DNA of 64,000 nt, from the NCBI GenBank assembly GCA_965279035.1, contig OZ257142.1, positions 1,024,001 through 1,088,000 on the forward strand. The letters run 5' to 3'. Below, one piece after another: positions 1-8,767 of the stretch. The notes below the pieces were generated by a model. The model made no database searches. It was not told the origin of the DNA and was given only the letters and a program-made list of their open reading frames with translations. The translations under genes and the position numbers were made by a program. The DNA is from Bacteroidia bacterium. Its GTDB lineage: Bacteria; Bacteroidota; Bacteroidia; M30B66. Every line of letters begins with the position of its first letter. Positions within the stretch are counted from its first letter, which is position 1.

Positions 1-156
1 GGTGATTTAATAATGATCATGACTCAACAAGAAACCAACTTTACAGAAATGTTTATTGGTTCTGCTGCTCAAGAAGTAATTAGTTCCTCCGAAATTCCTG
101 TTTGTAGTATAATTCCAACAGTAAAAAAAGATACAAGTGTCTTTGTTCCTTATTGA
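1..156 (+). CDS. Universal stress protein, C-terminal fragment (5' end outside window)
   Basis: Frame 1 reads GDLIMIMTQQETNFTEMFIGSAAQEVISSSEIPVCSIIP...VPY*, parallel to the C-terminus of the next USP (ADLIVIMNEQE...FFMGPYAQQVVNHSKIPVLSI). Confidence 0.85.
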   Translation, partial: GDLIMIMTQQETNFTEMFIGSAAQEVISSSEIPVCSIIPTVKKDTSVFVPY

Positions 157-177
157 GATTGAACTTTAGTCTTTTTC

Positions 178-214
178 AAATCCCTATGAATATAGCTATT
201 TATAGGGATTTTTT
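178..214 (+). terminator. Intrinsic terminator between USP genes
   Basis: AAATCCCTATGAATA-TAGC-TATTTATAGGGATTT hairpin ending in a T run. Confidence 0.7.
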
Positions 215-241
215 GATTTTGGGAATATGATGCGAATAGTT

Positions 242-249
242 TAGGTTTG
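242..249 (+). promoter_or_regulatory. Bacteroidota -7 promoter element
   Basis: TAGGTTTG matches TAnnTTTG, 33 nt before ATG 283. Confidence 0.6.
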
Positions 250-282
250 TAAAAAGCTATTCTTTATTAAAATTCTTTCACT

Positions 283-1170
283 ATGAATTCGCTCGATATA
301 AAACGGATCCTAATTCCGACAGATTTCTCCGAAACCGCAGAACTTGCTTTGGAACATGCTGTTAAAATGGCTCGCCTGCTCGACTCTGAAATTACTTTAT
401 TGCACGTCGTTTCCACTTTTGCTTTTCGAGTTAATTTACCCGAAGTGGATATTGATGAAGCTCAGAATACCAAATTATCTGGTGCAATTGGTTCAAAACT
501 AAATCGAATTGCAGAAGAATTAAAAGCCAAAGAAGGAATTCGTATTACAACGATGGTTACATCAGGTCGTATACGTGAAGAAGTAGTTCGAATAGCGGAA
601 GAAATAGATGCCGATTTAATCATTATCGGAACACATGGCGTTTCTGGTTTACGCGAATTCTTTATGGGTAGTAATGCTTTTCGTATCGTTTCTGAAGCGG
701 GATGTCCAGTTCTATCTGTGCAAGACAGTGGTCATCCAGTTGGTTTTACGAACATCATTGTTCCAATCGATAATTCATTTCATTCTCGTGAAAAACTTGG
801 AATATCGGTGAGATTAGCTCGTCTTTATGGAGCAACTCTCCATATCTGCGGACTTCGTTCACACGATCATTCTGATTCTGATATCAATGCAAAATTCAGA
901 ATGAAAATGAAGCAGGTGGAAGATTTTCTGAAAGAGAAAGATGTAAAGTATACCGCAACTACCATCAATTGCAGCAACATTGCCAAAGCAACAATGGATT
1001 TTGCTGCTGAAAACAATGCGGATCTTATCGTCATCATGAACGAGCAAGAAATAAATTCAACAGGATTCTTCATGGGGCCATACGCTCAACAAGTTGTTAA
1101 TCACAGTAAAATCCCCGTGTTGAGTATTCGTCCAACTACTGGTTTGATTAATTCTGTTACGCCTTACTAA
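283..1170 (+). CDS. Universal stress protein (two USP domains)
   Basis: ILIPTDFS...A..A start motif, DLIIIGTHG..G...FFMGS.A..V motif, second domain NIIVPID. Confidence 0.92.
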   Translation: MNSLDIKRILIPTDFSETAELALEHAVKMARLLDSEITLLHVVSTFAFRVNLPEVDIDEAQNTKLSGAIGSKLNRIAEELKAKEGIRITTMVTSGRIREEVVRIAEEIDADLIIIGTHGVSGLREFFMGSNAFRIVSEAGCPVLSVQDSGHPVGFTNIIVPIDNSFHSREKLGISVRLARLYGATLHICGLRSHDHSDSDINAKFRMKMKQVEDFLKEKDVKYTATTINCSNIAKATMDFAAENNADLIVIMNEQEINSTGFFMGPYAQQVVNHSKIPVLSIRPTTGLINSVTPY

Positions 1171-1191
1171 GTTTTCTTCCCATCTTGCAGC

Positions 1192-2403
1192 ATGAACCAA
1201 AGCAGCATTTCTCTGCGAAGTTTATTTCTGCATCACGTAGCTCAAACTTCTCCTTATCCTCCCATGCTCGAAGTAGATCGGGCTGAAGGCGTCTTTCTAT
1301 ACGACGTTCAGGGTAAACAATACCTCGATTTTATTTCTGGAATTTCAGTAAGCAACGTTGGTCATTGTCATCCCAAGGTAGTCGAAGCCATTCGTTTGCA
1401 ATCGGAGCGGTACATGCATGTGATGGTCTATGGTGAATTTGTTCAAAGTCCTCAAGTTAAACTTGCTCAAGCAATCTCCTCGGTTCTACCTAACAATCTC
1501 GATTCAGTTTATTTCGTCAACTCTGGTGCTGAAGCTACCGAAGGTGCTCTAAAATTAGCCAAACGAGTTACTGGTAGAACAGAGCTCATCGGGTTTAAGA
1601 ATGCATACCACGGGAGTACTCATGGTGCATTGAGTATGATGGGAAGCGAATTTTTCAAACAAGCTTTTCGTCCATTATTGCCCGATGTACGGCACTTGGC
1701 ATTTGGCAATTTTGATGATTTATCGCTCATTACAAAACGAACAGCAGCAGTGCTTGTCGAACCAATTCAAGGTGAAGCGGGAGTGATTGTACCATCTCAA
1801 ATTTGGCTTGAATCGCTCCGGGATCGTTGCAATGAAACAGGCACAATGCTCATCTTTGATGAAATCCAAACAGGTTTTGGACGAACTGGTTCATTCTTCG
1901 CTTTTCAACAGTATCATGTTGTTCCAGATATTTTGTTAATGGCCAAAGGAATGGGTGGCGGATTACCTATCGGTGCATTTGTTTCATCCAAAGAACACAT
2001 GAATGCACTTACGCATTCTCCTATCCTCGGTCATATTACAACCTTTGGAGGAAATGCCGTATGCTGTGCAGCCTCACTTGCCGTGCTTGAACTTCTCATA
2101 AATTCCGACCTCATTGAGCAAGTTCCTGAAAAGGAAAAACTCATTCGAACACGTTTGCAACATTCAGCTATTAAGCAAATACGTGGAAAAGGTCTTTTAT
2201 TAGCATTGGACTTAGGCTCAAACGAAACTGCCCTTCCAGTCATGTCGCGTTGTTTAGAACTTGGTCTCATCACCGACTGGTTTCTTTTCGCCGATCATTG
2301 CCTACGTATTGCTCCACCATTAACCATTACGCACGATGAAATTGAAAAAGGATGCCAGCTCTTTTTACAAGCAATTCGAGAAGTAACAGGAAAAGAAAAT
2401 TAG
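1192..2403 (+). CDS. Class III PLP-dependent aminotransferase (acetylornithine/ornithine aminotransferase-like)
   Basis: NSGAEA, YHGST, VEPIQGEAG, FDEIQTGFGRTG and AKGMGGG (PLP lysine) motifs. Confidence 0.9.
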   Translation: MNQSSISLRSLFLHHVAQTSPYPPMLEVDRAEGVFLYDVQGKQYLDFISGISVSNVGHCHPKVVEAIRLQSERYMHVMVYGEFVQSPQVKLAQAISSVLPNNLDSVYFVNSGAEATEGALKLAKRVTGRTELIGFKNAYHGSTHGALSMMGSEFFKQAFRPLLPDVRHLAFGNFDDLSLITKRTAAVLVEPIQGEAGVIVPSQIWLESLRDRCNETGTMLIFDEIQTGFGRTGSFFAFQQYHVVPDILLMAKGMGGGLPIGAFVSSKEHMNALTHSPILGHITTFGGNAVCCAASLAVLELLINSDLIEQVPEKEKLIRTRLQHSAIKQIRGKGLLLALDLGSNETALPVMSRCLELGLITDWFLFADHCLRIAPPLTITHDEIEKGCQLFLQAIREVTGKEN

Positions 2404-2405
2404 TC

Positions 2406-3353
2406 TTACTCGACCAAACCTCGCCCAGCCTTAGAAATACGCTTATCACGCTTAAAATCGATGACTATCTTGTCCAAAATACCATTGATAAATGTTTTGC
2501 TTTGCGGACTACTATAGTCTTTCGACATTTCAATGTATTCGTCTAAGGTTACTTTTACGGGAATGGAAGTGAATTCAGTCAATTCGCAAATGGCCATTTT
2601 CATGAGAATGATATCCATTTTGGCAACGCGATCTATCTCCCAATTTTGGGTTCGCTTGGCTATTTCCTGAAGATATTCTTCACTATGTAGGATTGTTTTA
2701 CGGAATAATTCAGTGGCAAATTTCCGATCCTCTTCGGCTTCTTTATGCAAAGGCTGAAGCTTGAAATTTTCTGATGCTGTTTCAGGAATACCTTTTAACG
2801 TCTTGAAAATGCCCGCTTGCATCAATTCAATATCATCCAACCAATAAATACTTCGCTCCTCAAAATACTGTGCAAGCGATTCGGATGGGAAAATATAAGT
2901 TTCGAATAAATGCATCACGATTTCTTTATCGTCTTCGAAACTAACCTCGTCCTTTTCTAAATAAATTCTGAAAGCATCATCATCTTTGAAAGAATAGTAA
3001 AGCTTCTTGATAAGTTCTTGCTGTCCATCCCAGGAGATTTTGAGCTTCGTTGACTTCTGGCTCAACTCATCATTTCCAGCAATTGCCAGGATAATGCGGT
3101 TGTTCACAAAATTCATCTTCGGATTCAAATCTTCCTGAGTTGGCAGTCTTTTCTGTGATCGCTCGAACAAAAAACCTTCAGCAAAATGTTTTAGTTCTGG
3201 AAGTAAAACCAGATAATACAGATATACTTCATACACCTTATCAATGCTATGAAATAACTCCTTCTCACCTAAAACTACCTGATTATTATCCGATTGAAAG
3301 AACGCGTACAGCGACTTCATCACTTTCTCACGGATATGCCTTCTGTTGAGCAT
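2406..3353 (-). CDS. nusB: Transcription antitermination factor NusB (long Bacteroidota form)
   Basis: MLNRRHIREKVMKSLYA N-terminus; C-terminal NWEIDRVAKMD, IPVKVTLDEYIEMSKDYS, FINGILD. Confidence 0.93.
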   Translation of the reverse strand: MLNRRHIREKVMKSLYAFFQSDNNQVVLGEKELFHSIDKVYEVYLYYLVLLPELKHFAEGFLFERSQKRLPTQEDLNPKMNFVNNRIILAIAGNDELSQKSTKLKISWDGQQELIKKLYYSFKDDDAFRIYLEKDEVSFEDDKEIVMHLFETYIFPSESLAQYFEERSIYWLDDIELMQAGIFKTLKGIPETASENFKLQPLHKEAEEDRKFATELFRKTILHSEEYLQEIAKRTQNWEIDRVAKMDIILMKMAICELTEFTSIPVKVTLDEYIEMSKDYSSPQSKTFINGILDKIVIDFKRDKRISKAGRGLVE

Positions 3354-3362
3354 TTGTGGAAT

Positions 3363-4472
3363 TTAAAACGATAATTTAATACGACCAATATCTTCCATCC
3401 TGCGCTCTGCAAGACGTTTGGCTGCATTGATTGTTGGAATATTTTCGGACTTAGCAATGCGAAATACATTCTGAGCTGCATTGTAAATATTCTCCGTTGC
3501 ACTCATAGCTCGATCACGATTATATCCTTCCAACTCAATTGAAACATTGATTAATCCACCTGCATTAATCAAAAAATCGGGAGCATATAAAATTCCTTTT
3601 TGTAGACAAAGTGCCCCATGAATTGTTTCGTCGGCTAATTGATTATTTGCTGCTCCTGCAATTACAGAACAACGCAAACGATTCAACGAATCATTATTCA
3701 AGGTAGCTCCCAAAGCACAAGGTGCATATATGTCAATGTCTAAATCGAACATGCTCGATGAATCTACAACTTGAACTTTGTATTCAGCCGAAACTGCTTT
3801 CAAATTATCTTCATTGATATCGTTCACATAGATCACTGCATTTTCTTTCGATAAGTAACCAACTAAATGGTGTCCTACCTTACCAATCCCTTGAACTAAA
3901 ATCTTTTTTCCTTCAAGGCTGTCGTTACCATATGCTTCTTTGGCAGACGATTTCATCCCCAAATAAACACCATAAGCAGTAACAGGTGATGGATCGCCTC
4001 CGCCACCTAAAAATTCAGGAAGTCCAGTAACGTACTTGGTCTCCATGGCAATGTATTCCATGTCTTTGGTGCCAACACCAACATCTTCGGCAGTTATATA
4101 ACGACCAGCTAGGCCATCAACAAACTTCCCGAATCGACGCATTAAAGCTTCCGATTTCTGAGTTTTGGCATCACCAATAATGACCGCTTTTCCACCACCG
4201 AGATTCAATCCCGTTATGGCTGCTTTGTATGACATACCTCGCGAAAGTCGTAATACATCTGTAAGCGCTTCCGCTTCATTGTTATACGCCCACATGCGGG
4301 TGCCGCCAAGTGCCGGTCCTAGTTGGGTGTTGTGAATCGCAATAATGGCTTTTAAACCAGTTGCCTGATCGTAAAAATGAACCACCTGTTCGTGACCTAA
4401 AGCCTGCATGCTTTCGATTACTGAGCTCTTTGCATCGGCCTTTACAGATGGGAGTTCCTGTGTATTGGGCAT
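3363..4472 (-). CDS. Leucine dehydrogenase (Glu/Leu/Phe/Val dehydrogenase family)
   Basis: LGPALGGTR, GMSYK, LGGGKAVI, YITAEDVG, GDPSPVTAYGV, QGIGKVG, GAANNQL, YAPDFLINAGG. Confidence 0.92.
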   Translation of the reverse strand: MPNTQELPSVKADAKSSVIESMQALGHEQVVHFYDQATGLKAIIAIHNTQLGPALGGTRMWAYNNEAEALTDVLRLSRGMSYKAAITGLNLGGGKAVIIGDAKTQKSEALMRRFGKFVDGLAGRYITAEDVGVGTKDMEYIAMETKYVTGLPEFLGGGGDPSPVTAYGVYLGMKSSAKEAYGNDSLEGKKILVQGIGKVGHHLVGYLSKENAVIYVNDINEDNLKAVSAEYKVQVVDSSSMFDLDIDIYAPCALGATLNNDSLNRLRCSVIAGAANNQLADETIHGALCLQKGILYAPDFLINAGGLINVSIELEGYNRDRAMSATENIYNAAQNVFRIAKSENIPTINAAKRLAERRMEDIGRIKLSF

Positions 4473-4524
4473 AAGAGATGAATTTGGGAGAATTTGTTTT
4501 GGGGAATATGCGGAAGAAATTTGA

Positions 4525-4577
4525 TACTTTTGTCCTCTCGAAGATTAGCCGCCTTTCCTTTGCGGGGCACAAAAGTA
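4525..4577. promoter_or_regulatory. Pair of -7 elements of the divergent ABC exporter and leucine dehydrogenase genes
   Basis: TACTTTTG on + at 4525-4532 and TACTTTTG on - at 4577-4570. Confidence 0.55.
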
Positions 4578-4621
4578 GCTGATTTTTCAAACCCCGCAAC
4601 AGTAAGCCTTAGAGGGCGTTC

Positions 4622-6430
4622 ATGAAATCGTTAAAATTTCTTAATCCCTATTTTCGTAAATACAGAACCCGACTCATCCTCGGCTCGCTGTTCGTTACTA
4701 TTTCCAATATTTTCGCCATGTATCCGGCCGAAATACTGAGGAAAGGAATCGACCTTGTTCAAGAAGGTGTTTCCATTTATTTTCTTTTCGATCAATTCGA
4801 TTTACGCGAAAATCTGAAAAGTAATTTCTTTTCCATGTTGCTCCTTTTTGGGCTCATCGTCATCATTACCGCCCTCATCAAAGGATTATTCATGTTTTTT
4901 ATGCGACAAACAATCATTGTCATGTCGCGCCTGATTGAATACGATCTTAAAAACGACATATTCGCCCATTACCAAAAACTCGATCTGGCTTTTTATAAGA
5001 AAAATAAAACCGGCGATCTTATGGCACGCATAAGCGAAGATGTGAGTCAAGTGCGCATGTATGTTGGTCCTGCTATTATGTATGCCATCAGTACAATCAG
5101 CCTATTTATACTAGTCACTGCACGTATGTTGAGTATCAATGTCGAACTCACCATTTATGTGCTAACACCTTTGCCAATACTAGCAATCACCATCTATTTG
5201 GTAAACACTAAAATCATCCGCAAAAGCGAAGCAGTTCAAAAACAACTTTCCGTTATCTCTTCTTTCGTTCAGGAAATGTTTTCAGGAATACGTGTCATCA
5301 AAGCATACAATCGCGAAGAATTCACCCGAAATAAATTTGGTTTCGAAGCTCAGGAATACCGCAAACGCAACGTTGAACTCGTACGTACAAATGCACTTTT
5401 CTTTCCGCTAATCATCTTGCTCATTGGCTTAAGCACCTTGATTACGCTCTATCTCGGTGGACAAAAAGTGTTCTCAGGCGAAATCACGACCGGAATCATT
5501 GCCGAATTCATCATGTATGTCAATATGCTCACTTGGCCCGTTGCATCCATTGGTTGGGTTACGTCCATCGTGCAACGCGCTGCTGCATCTCAAACCCGAA
5601 TCAACGAGTTCCTTAGTCAAGAACCGACAATCCAAAATCCTCAAGAAACGCATCAAAATATTCTCGGTAAAATAGAATTTCGAAATGTTGACTTTATCTA
5701 TCCCGACAGCGGAATTCAAGCACTCAACAAAGTGAGTTTTGAGATCAATCAGGGAAAATCGCTCGCCATTGTTGGTCGCACTGGAGCTGGAAAATCAAGC
5801 ATTGCGTCACTCATCAGTCGACTTTATGATGTGACTTCGGGTGATATTTTGATCGATAACAACTCCATCAAAACCATCAACCTGAACGATTTGCGTAGTG
5901 CAATTGGCTATGTGCCTCAAGAAGTTTTTCTTTTCTCCGAAACCATCACGAAAAATATTGCCTTCGGTTTGAAAGATGAAACCGATCCAGCAATCATTCA
6001 GCAAAAAGTGGAAGAAGCCGCGCGCGATTCGGCTATTTACGATTCAATCATGGAATTTCCTTCAGGCTTTCAAACCAAAGTGGGCGAACGTGGACTCACG
6101 CTTTCGGGCGGACAAAAACAACGAATTTCCATTGCACGCGCCATTGTTCGCAAACCGGCAATCCTCATTTTCGACGATTGTTTAAGCGCCGTCGATACCG
6201 AAACCGAAGAGCAAATTCTTGGAAACCTGCGCCGAATCATGAAAGGCAGCACAACCATCATCATTTCTCACCGCATTTCTTCCGTTAAACAATGCGACGA
6301 AATCATTGTGCTCGATCATGGTCAAATTGCCGAACGTGGAAATCACCAACAACTCATTGAACTCGGCGGCATGTATGCTCAGATGCATCAAAAACAATTA
6401 CTCGATAGCGAAATCACTCAGTTCAATTAA
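4622..6430 (+). CDS. ABC exporter, fused TMD and ATPase (MsbA/YheI-like)
   Basis: N-terminal TM helices, Walker A GRTGAGKS, signature LSGGQKQR, Walker B ILIFDD, H-loop ISHR. Confidence 0.93.
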   Translation: MKSLKFLNPYFRKYRTRLILGSLFVTISNIFAMYPAEILRKGIDLVQEGVSIYFLFDQFDLRENLKSNFFSMLLLFGLIVIITALIKGLFMFFMRQTIIVMSRLIEYDLKNDIFAHYQKLDLAFYKKNKTGDLMARISEDVSQVRMYVGPAIMYAISTISLFILVTARMLSINVELTIYVLTPLPILAITIYLVNTKIIRKSEAVQKQLSVISSFVQEMFSGIRVIKAYNREEFTRNKFGFEAQEYRKRNVELVRTNALFFPLIILLIGLSTLITLYLGGQKVFSGEITTGIIAEFIMYVNMLTWPVASIGWVTSIVQRAAASQTRINEFLSQEPTIQNPQETHQNILGKIEFRNVDFIYPDSGIQALNKVSFEINQGKSLAIVGRTGAGKSSIASLISRLYDVTSGDILIDNNSIKTINLNDLRSAIGYVPQEVFLFSETITKNIAFGLKDETDPAIIQQKVEEAARDSAIYDSIMEFPSGFQTKVGERGLTLSGGQKQRISIARAIVRKPAILIFDDCLSAVDTETEEQILGNLRRIMKGSTTIIISHRISSVKQCDEIIVLDHGQIAERGNHQQLIELGGMYAQMHQKQLLDSEITQFN

Positions 6431-6437
6431 TGGAGTT

Positions 6438-6556
6438 GGGCCTTGTCCGGGCTATCGCTGCAAGGTGCAATTGGCAATCTTTTCCTACAATGAGCAAAGT
6501 TTAATCATCCGAGTTTTACATTCATCATTGCACCTTTCCGCTCTATCCCTAAGGCT
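6438..6556 (+). ncRNA. Structured intergenic element resembling the Flavo-1 RNA motif
   Basis: Nested inverted repeats GCCTT(6440)/AAGGC(6551) and AAGGTGCAAT(6462)/ATTGCACCTT(6527); CCGGGCTATCGCTGCAA...TTTCCGCTCTATCCCTAA flanks recalled as Flavo-1-like. Confidence 0.5.
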
Positions 6557-6609
6557 TCTTCTTTAAAACGAATGCGAAGGTTTTTATTTAATTTAAGGTG
6601 ACTTCAGCA

Positions 6610-7482
6610 TTACTTTTCATCAACAGGTTGTAATCCTTGCTGCGGTTTCTTCGTTTGCTTGCCTTCATTTTTTCCCTCATTCCGAACATCTACATCTTGC
6701 TTAAATTTCCATTTCCCTTTCTCCCAAACAAAGGCATCAAACGTAAAATCGGGACCATAAAATTCATACTGTCCAACTAAGGAAGCTTGACTTGGCGCTA
6801 AATGATCAAACACAATCCAATTCTTACTTTCCTGATATCTCAACGACATCGTTACGCGTTCTGAATGTTCAAAAAACACACGGTACCGTGCACGTTTGCC
6901 ATCATCAAAAATGGGTGCTCCAAAACTCACTTTTCCCGAAGCATCCAACTGAATCACATCTATCAATTTTTTATTACTGAATGCCGTATTGCCATCCCAG
7001 CCAAGAAGCGTGTAATATGTTTTTTTCTTATGAGTGGTTTTGATCACCTTATAATAAAGTGCCCCAAACCATTGATCATTCGAAAGCGATTTACTACTTG
7101 CCTTCGTTATTTCACCCGAAGCATCATAAAGTGGAATAACCGTGTAGGGAGTTTTTTTCCCAGCCTTCAATTGTATTCTTCCATAAAACAAATACGTACC
7201 ATCTTGATAAGGAATATTCCAATTGAAAATTCGAAACCGATCATCGGGCGATTTCAAAATGGCAATACTGCGAACACCTTCAAATGGCATTTCCCAAGAA
7301 TCGGGAGAAGCTAACAGTGAATCAATCCAATGTTCTACCTTTTTTTCAGAAGCAAGTCGTATCGATTCATCTTGGTGATTCAACATACGATTTCCAATGA
7401 CTTCTAATGAATCCAACGAAAAGGGCTGTGCCAGCAATGGCAAATTCGAAATGAGTAGCAAGAAAATAATCAGGCGCGCCAT
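6610..7482 (-). CDS. Conserved exported hypothetical protein (Bacteroidota)
   Basis: Signal peptide MARLIIFLLLISNLPLLAQ at ATG 7482, 1 nt after the upstream stop; WFGALYY, YTLLGWDG, IVFDHLAP, YGPDFTFD motifs. Confidence 0.75.
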   Translation of the reverse strand: MARLIIFLLLISNLPLLAQPFSLDSLEVIGNRMLNHQDESIRLASEKKVEHWIDSLLASPDSWEMPFEGVRSIAILKSPDDRFRIFNWNIPYQDGTYLFYGRIQLKAGKKTPYTVIPLYDASGEITKASSKSLSNDQWFGALYYKVIKTTHKKKTYYTLLGWDGNTAFSNKKLIDVIQLDASGKVSFGAPIFDDGKRARYRVFFEHSERVTMSLRYQESKNWIVFDHLAPSQASLVGQYEFYGPDFTFDAFVWEKGKWKFKQDVDVRNEGKNEGKQTKKPQQGLQPVDEK

Positions 7483-7483
7483 C

Positions 7484-8767
7484 CTACGCTTCCGTTTGGA
7501 ACCACTCAGAATTGACAAACGTTCCTTTGATTTTCCCTTTCAACACCTGACCTCCAAAAGGAGTATTTACCGATTTACTTAGAATGCTAGACACATCATA
7601 CTGGAACGTGGCTTTCGGATCATAAAGGAAAAAATCAGCTTCTTTCCCAATTTCAATGCTTGGAATATTGAGCCCAAGAATTTTGCGAGGTGCCGAACTC
7701 ATTCGCTCAATCAAGGTTTCCAATGGTATATTTTCTAAAGATGCATTTGCTGCACCAAACAAAGTTTCAACACCAATCACACCCGATTTAGCATAATCAA
7801 ATTCAACCTCTTTATTTTCCAATGTCTGTGGACGATGATCCGAACAAATCACATCAATCGTTCCGTCAATTACTCCAGCTCTTAAAGTATTCCGATCAAG
7901 CTCCGAACGAAGCGGTGGCCACACTTTAAAATGGCTTTCAAAATTTATTAAGGCCTCATCAGTAAAAAATAATTGATGAGCATACACACTACAACTCACA
8001 TCAAGTCCTTCATTCTTTGCATTCCGAATAAGTTCAACTGCCGATTTCGAAGAAATTCCTTGTATGTGAATTTTGGCTTGATGGTATTTTGCCAAGGTGA
8101 GCAATCGAACAATTCCCAACTCTTCTGCAATCGAAGGCTGACCTTTCATTCCTAATTGAACACTCACCAATCCTTCATTTACTTTTCCACCTAAACTCAT
8201 CATCGCATCTTCGGCGTGAAAACAAAGAACACCACCCGAAATGCGGTTGTATTGCATGGCTAAATGAACCAGAACCGAATTCCCAATCGGACTTTTATCA
8301 TCCGTAAATGCAATGGCACCAGCATCAAATAGATCGGCAAGTTCGGCTAGTTGTTCACCTTTCTTCCCAATCGAAATACTTCCCGAAGGATATATATGTA
8401 TTGGGTATCTCGAAGCATTATTTTTAATAAACTCAACTTGCCCACGATTATCTGTCACCGGATTTGAATTGGGCATCAACAATAAACCGCTTATACCACC
8501 AGCCAATGCTGCCGAACTCAAGCTTTGAAAAGTTTCTTTTTCTTCTTCTCCAGGCTCTCCGCAACTCACTTGCATATCAAACAACCCCGGTGAAATCGAA
8601 TAGCCTTTTCCTTCAATAACTTCTGCATTTTCGCTTGAAATGCCTAATTCAATACGAGCTATCTTCCCATCAATTACTTCAACATCTTTAATTTGACCGT
8701 TCTCTTTGCTAGATAAATCAACTAGTTGAACGTTTTTGAAAATAGAGTGGGAGGATGTGCTTTTCAT
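7484..8767 (-). CDS. Dihydroorotase-like protein, probably catalytically inactive (PyrC'-type)
   Basis: Amidohydrolase fold motifs PGLFD, GEPG.EEKET, MPNSNPVTD, PPLR, SDH; HxH replaced by QVS; start placed at ATG 8767 overlapping the upstream stop. Confidence 0.85.
   Translation of the reverse strand: MKSTSSHSIFKNVQLVDLSSKENGQIKDVEVIDGKIARIELGISSENAEVIEGKGYSISPGLFDMQVSCGEPGEEEKETFQSLSSAALAGGISGLLLMPNSNPVTDNRGQVEFIKNNASRYPIHIYPSGSISIGKKGEQLAELADLFDAGAIAFTDDKSPIGNSVLVHLAMQYNRISGGVLCFHAEDAMMSLGGKVNEGLVSVQLGMKGQPSIAEELGIVRLLTLAKYHQAKIHIQGISSKSAVELIRNAKNEGLDVSCSVYAHQLFFTDEALINFESHFKVWPPLRSELDRNTLRAGVIDGTIDVICSDHRPQTLENKEVEFDYAKSGVIGVETLFGAANASLENIPLETLIERMSSAPRKILGLNIPSIEIGKEADFFLYDPKATFQYDVSSILSKSVNTPFGGQVLKGKIKGTFVNSEWFQTEA

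Noticed and set aside
6306-6566. 86-aa ORF spanning the ABC gene end and the intergenic element
   Set aside because: It overlaps a real gene out of frame and is better explained by the structured non-coding element
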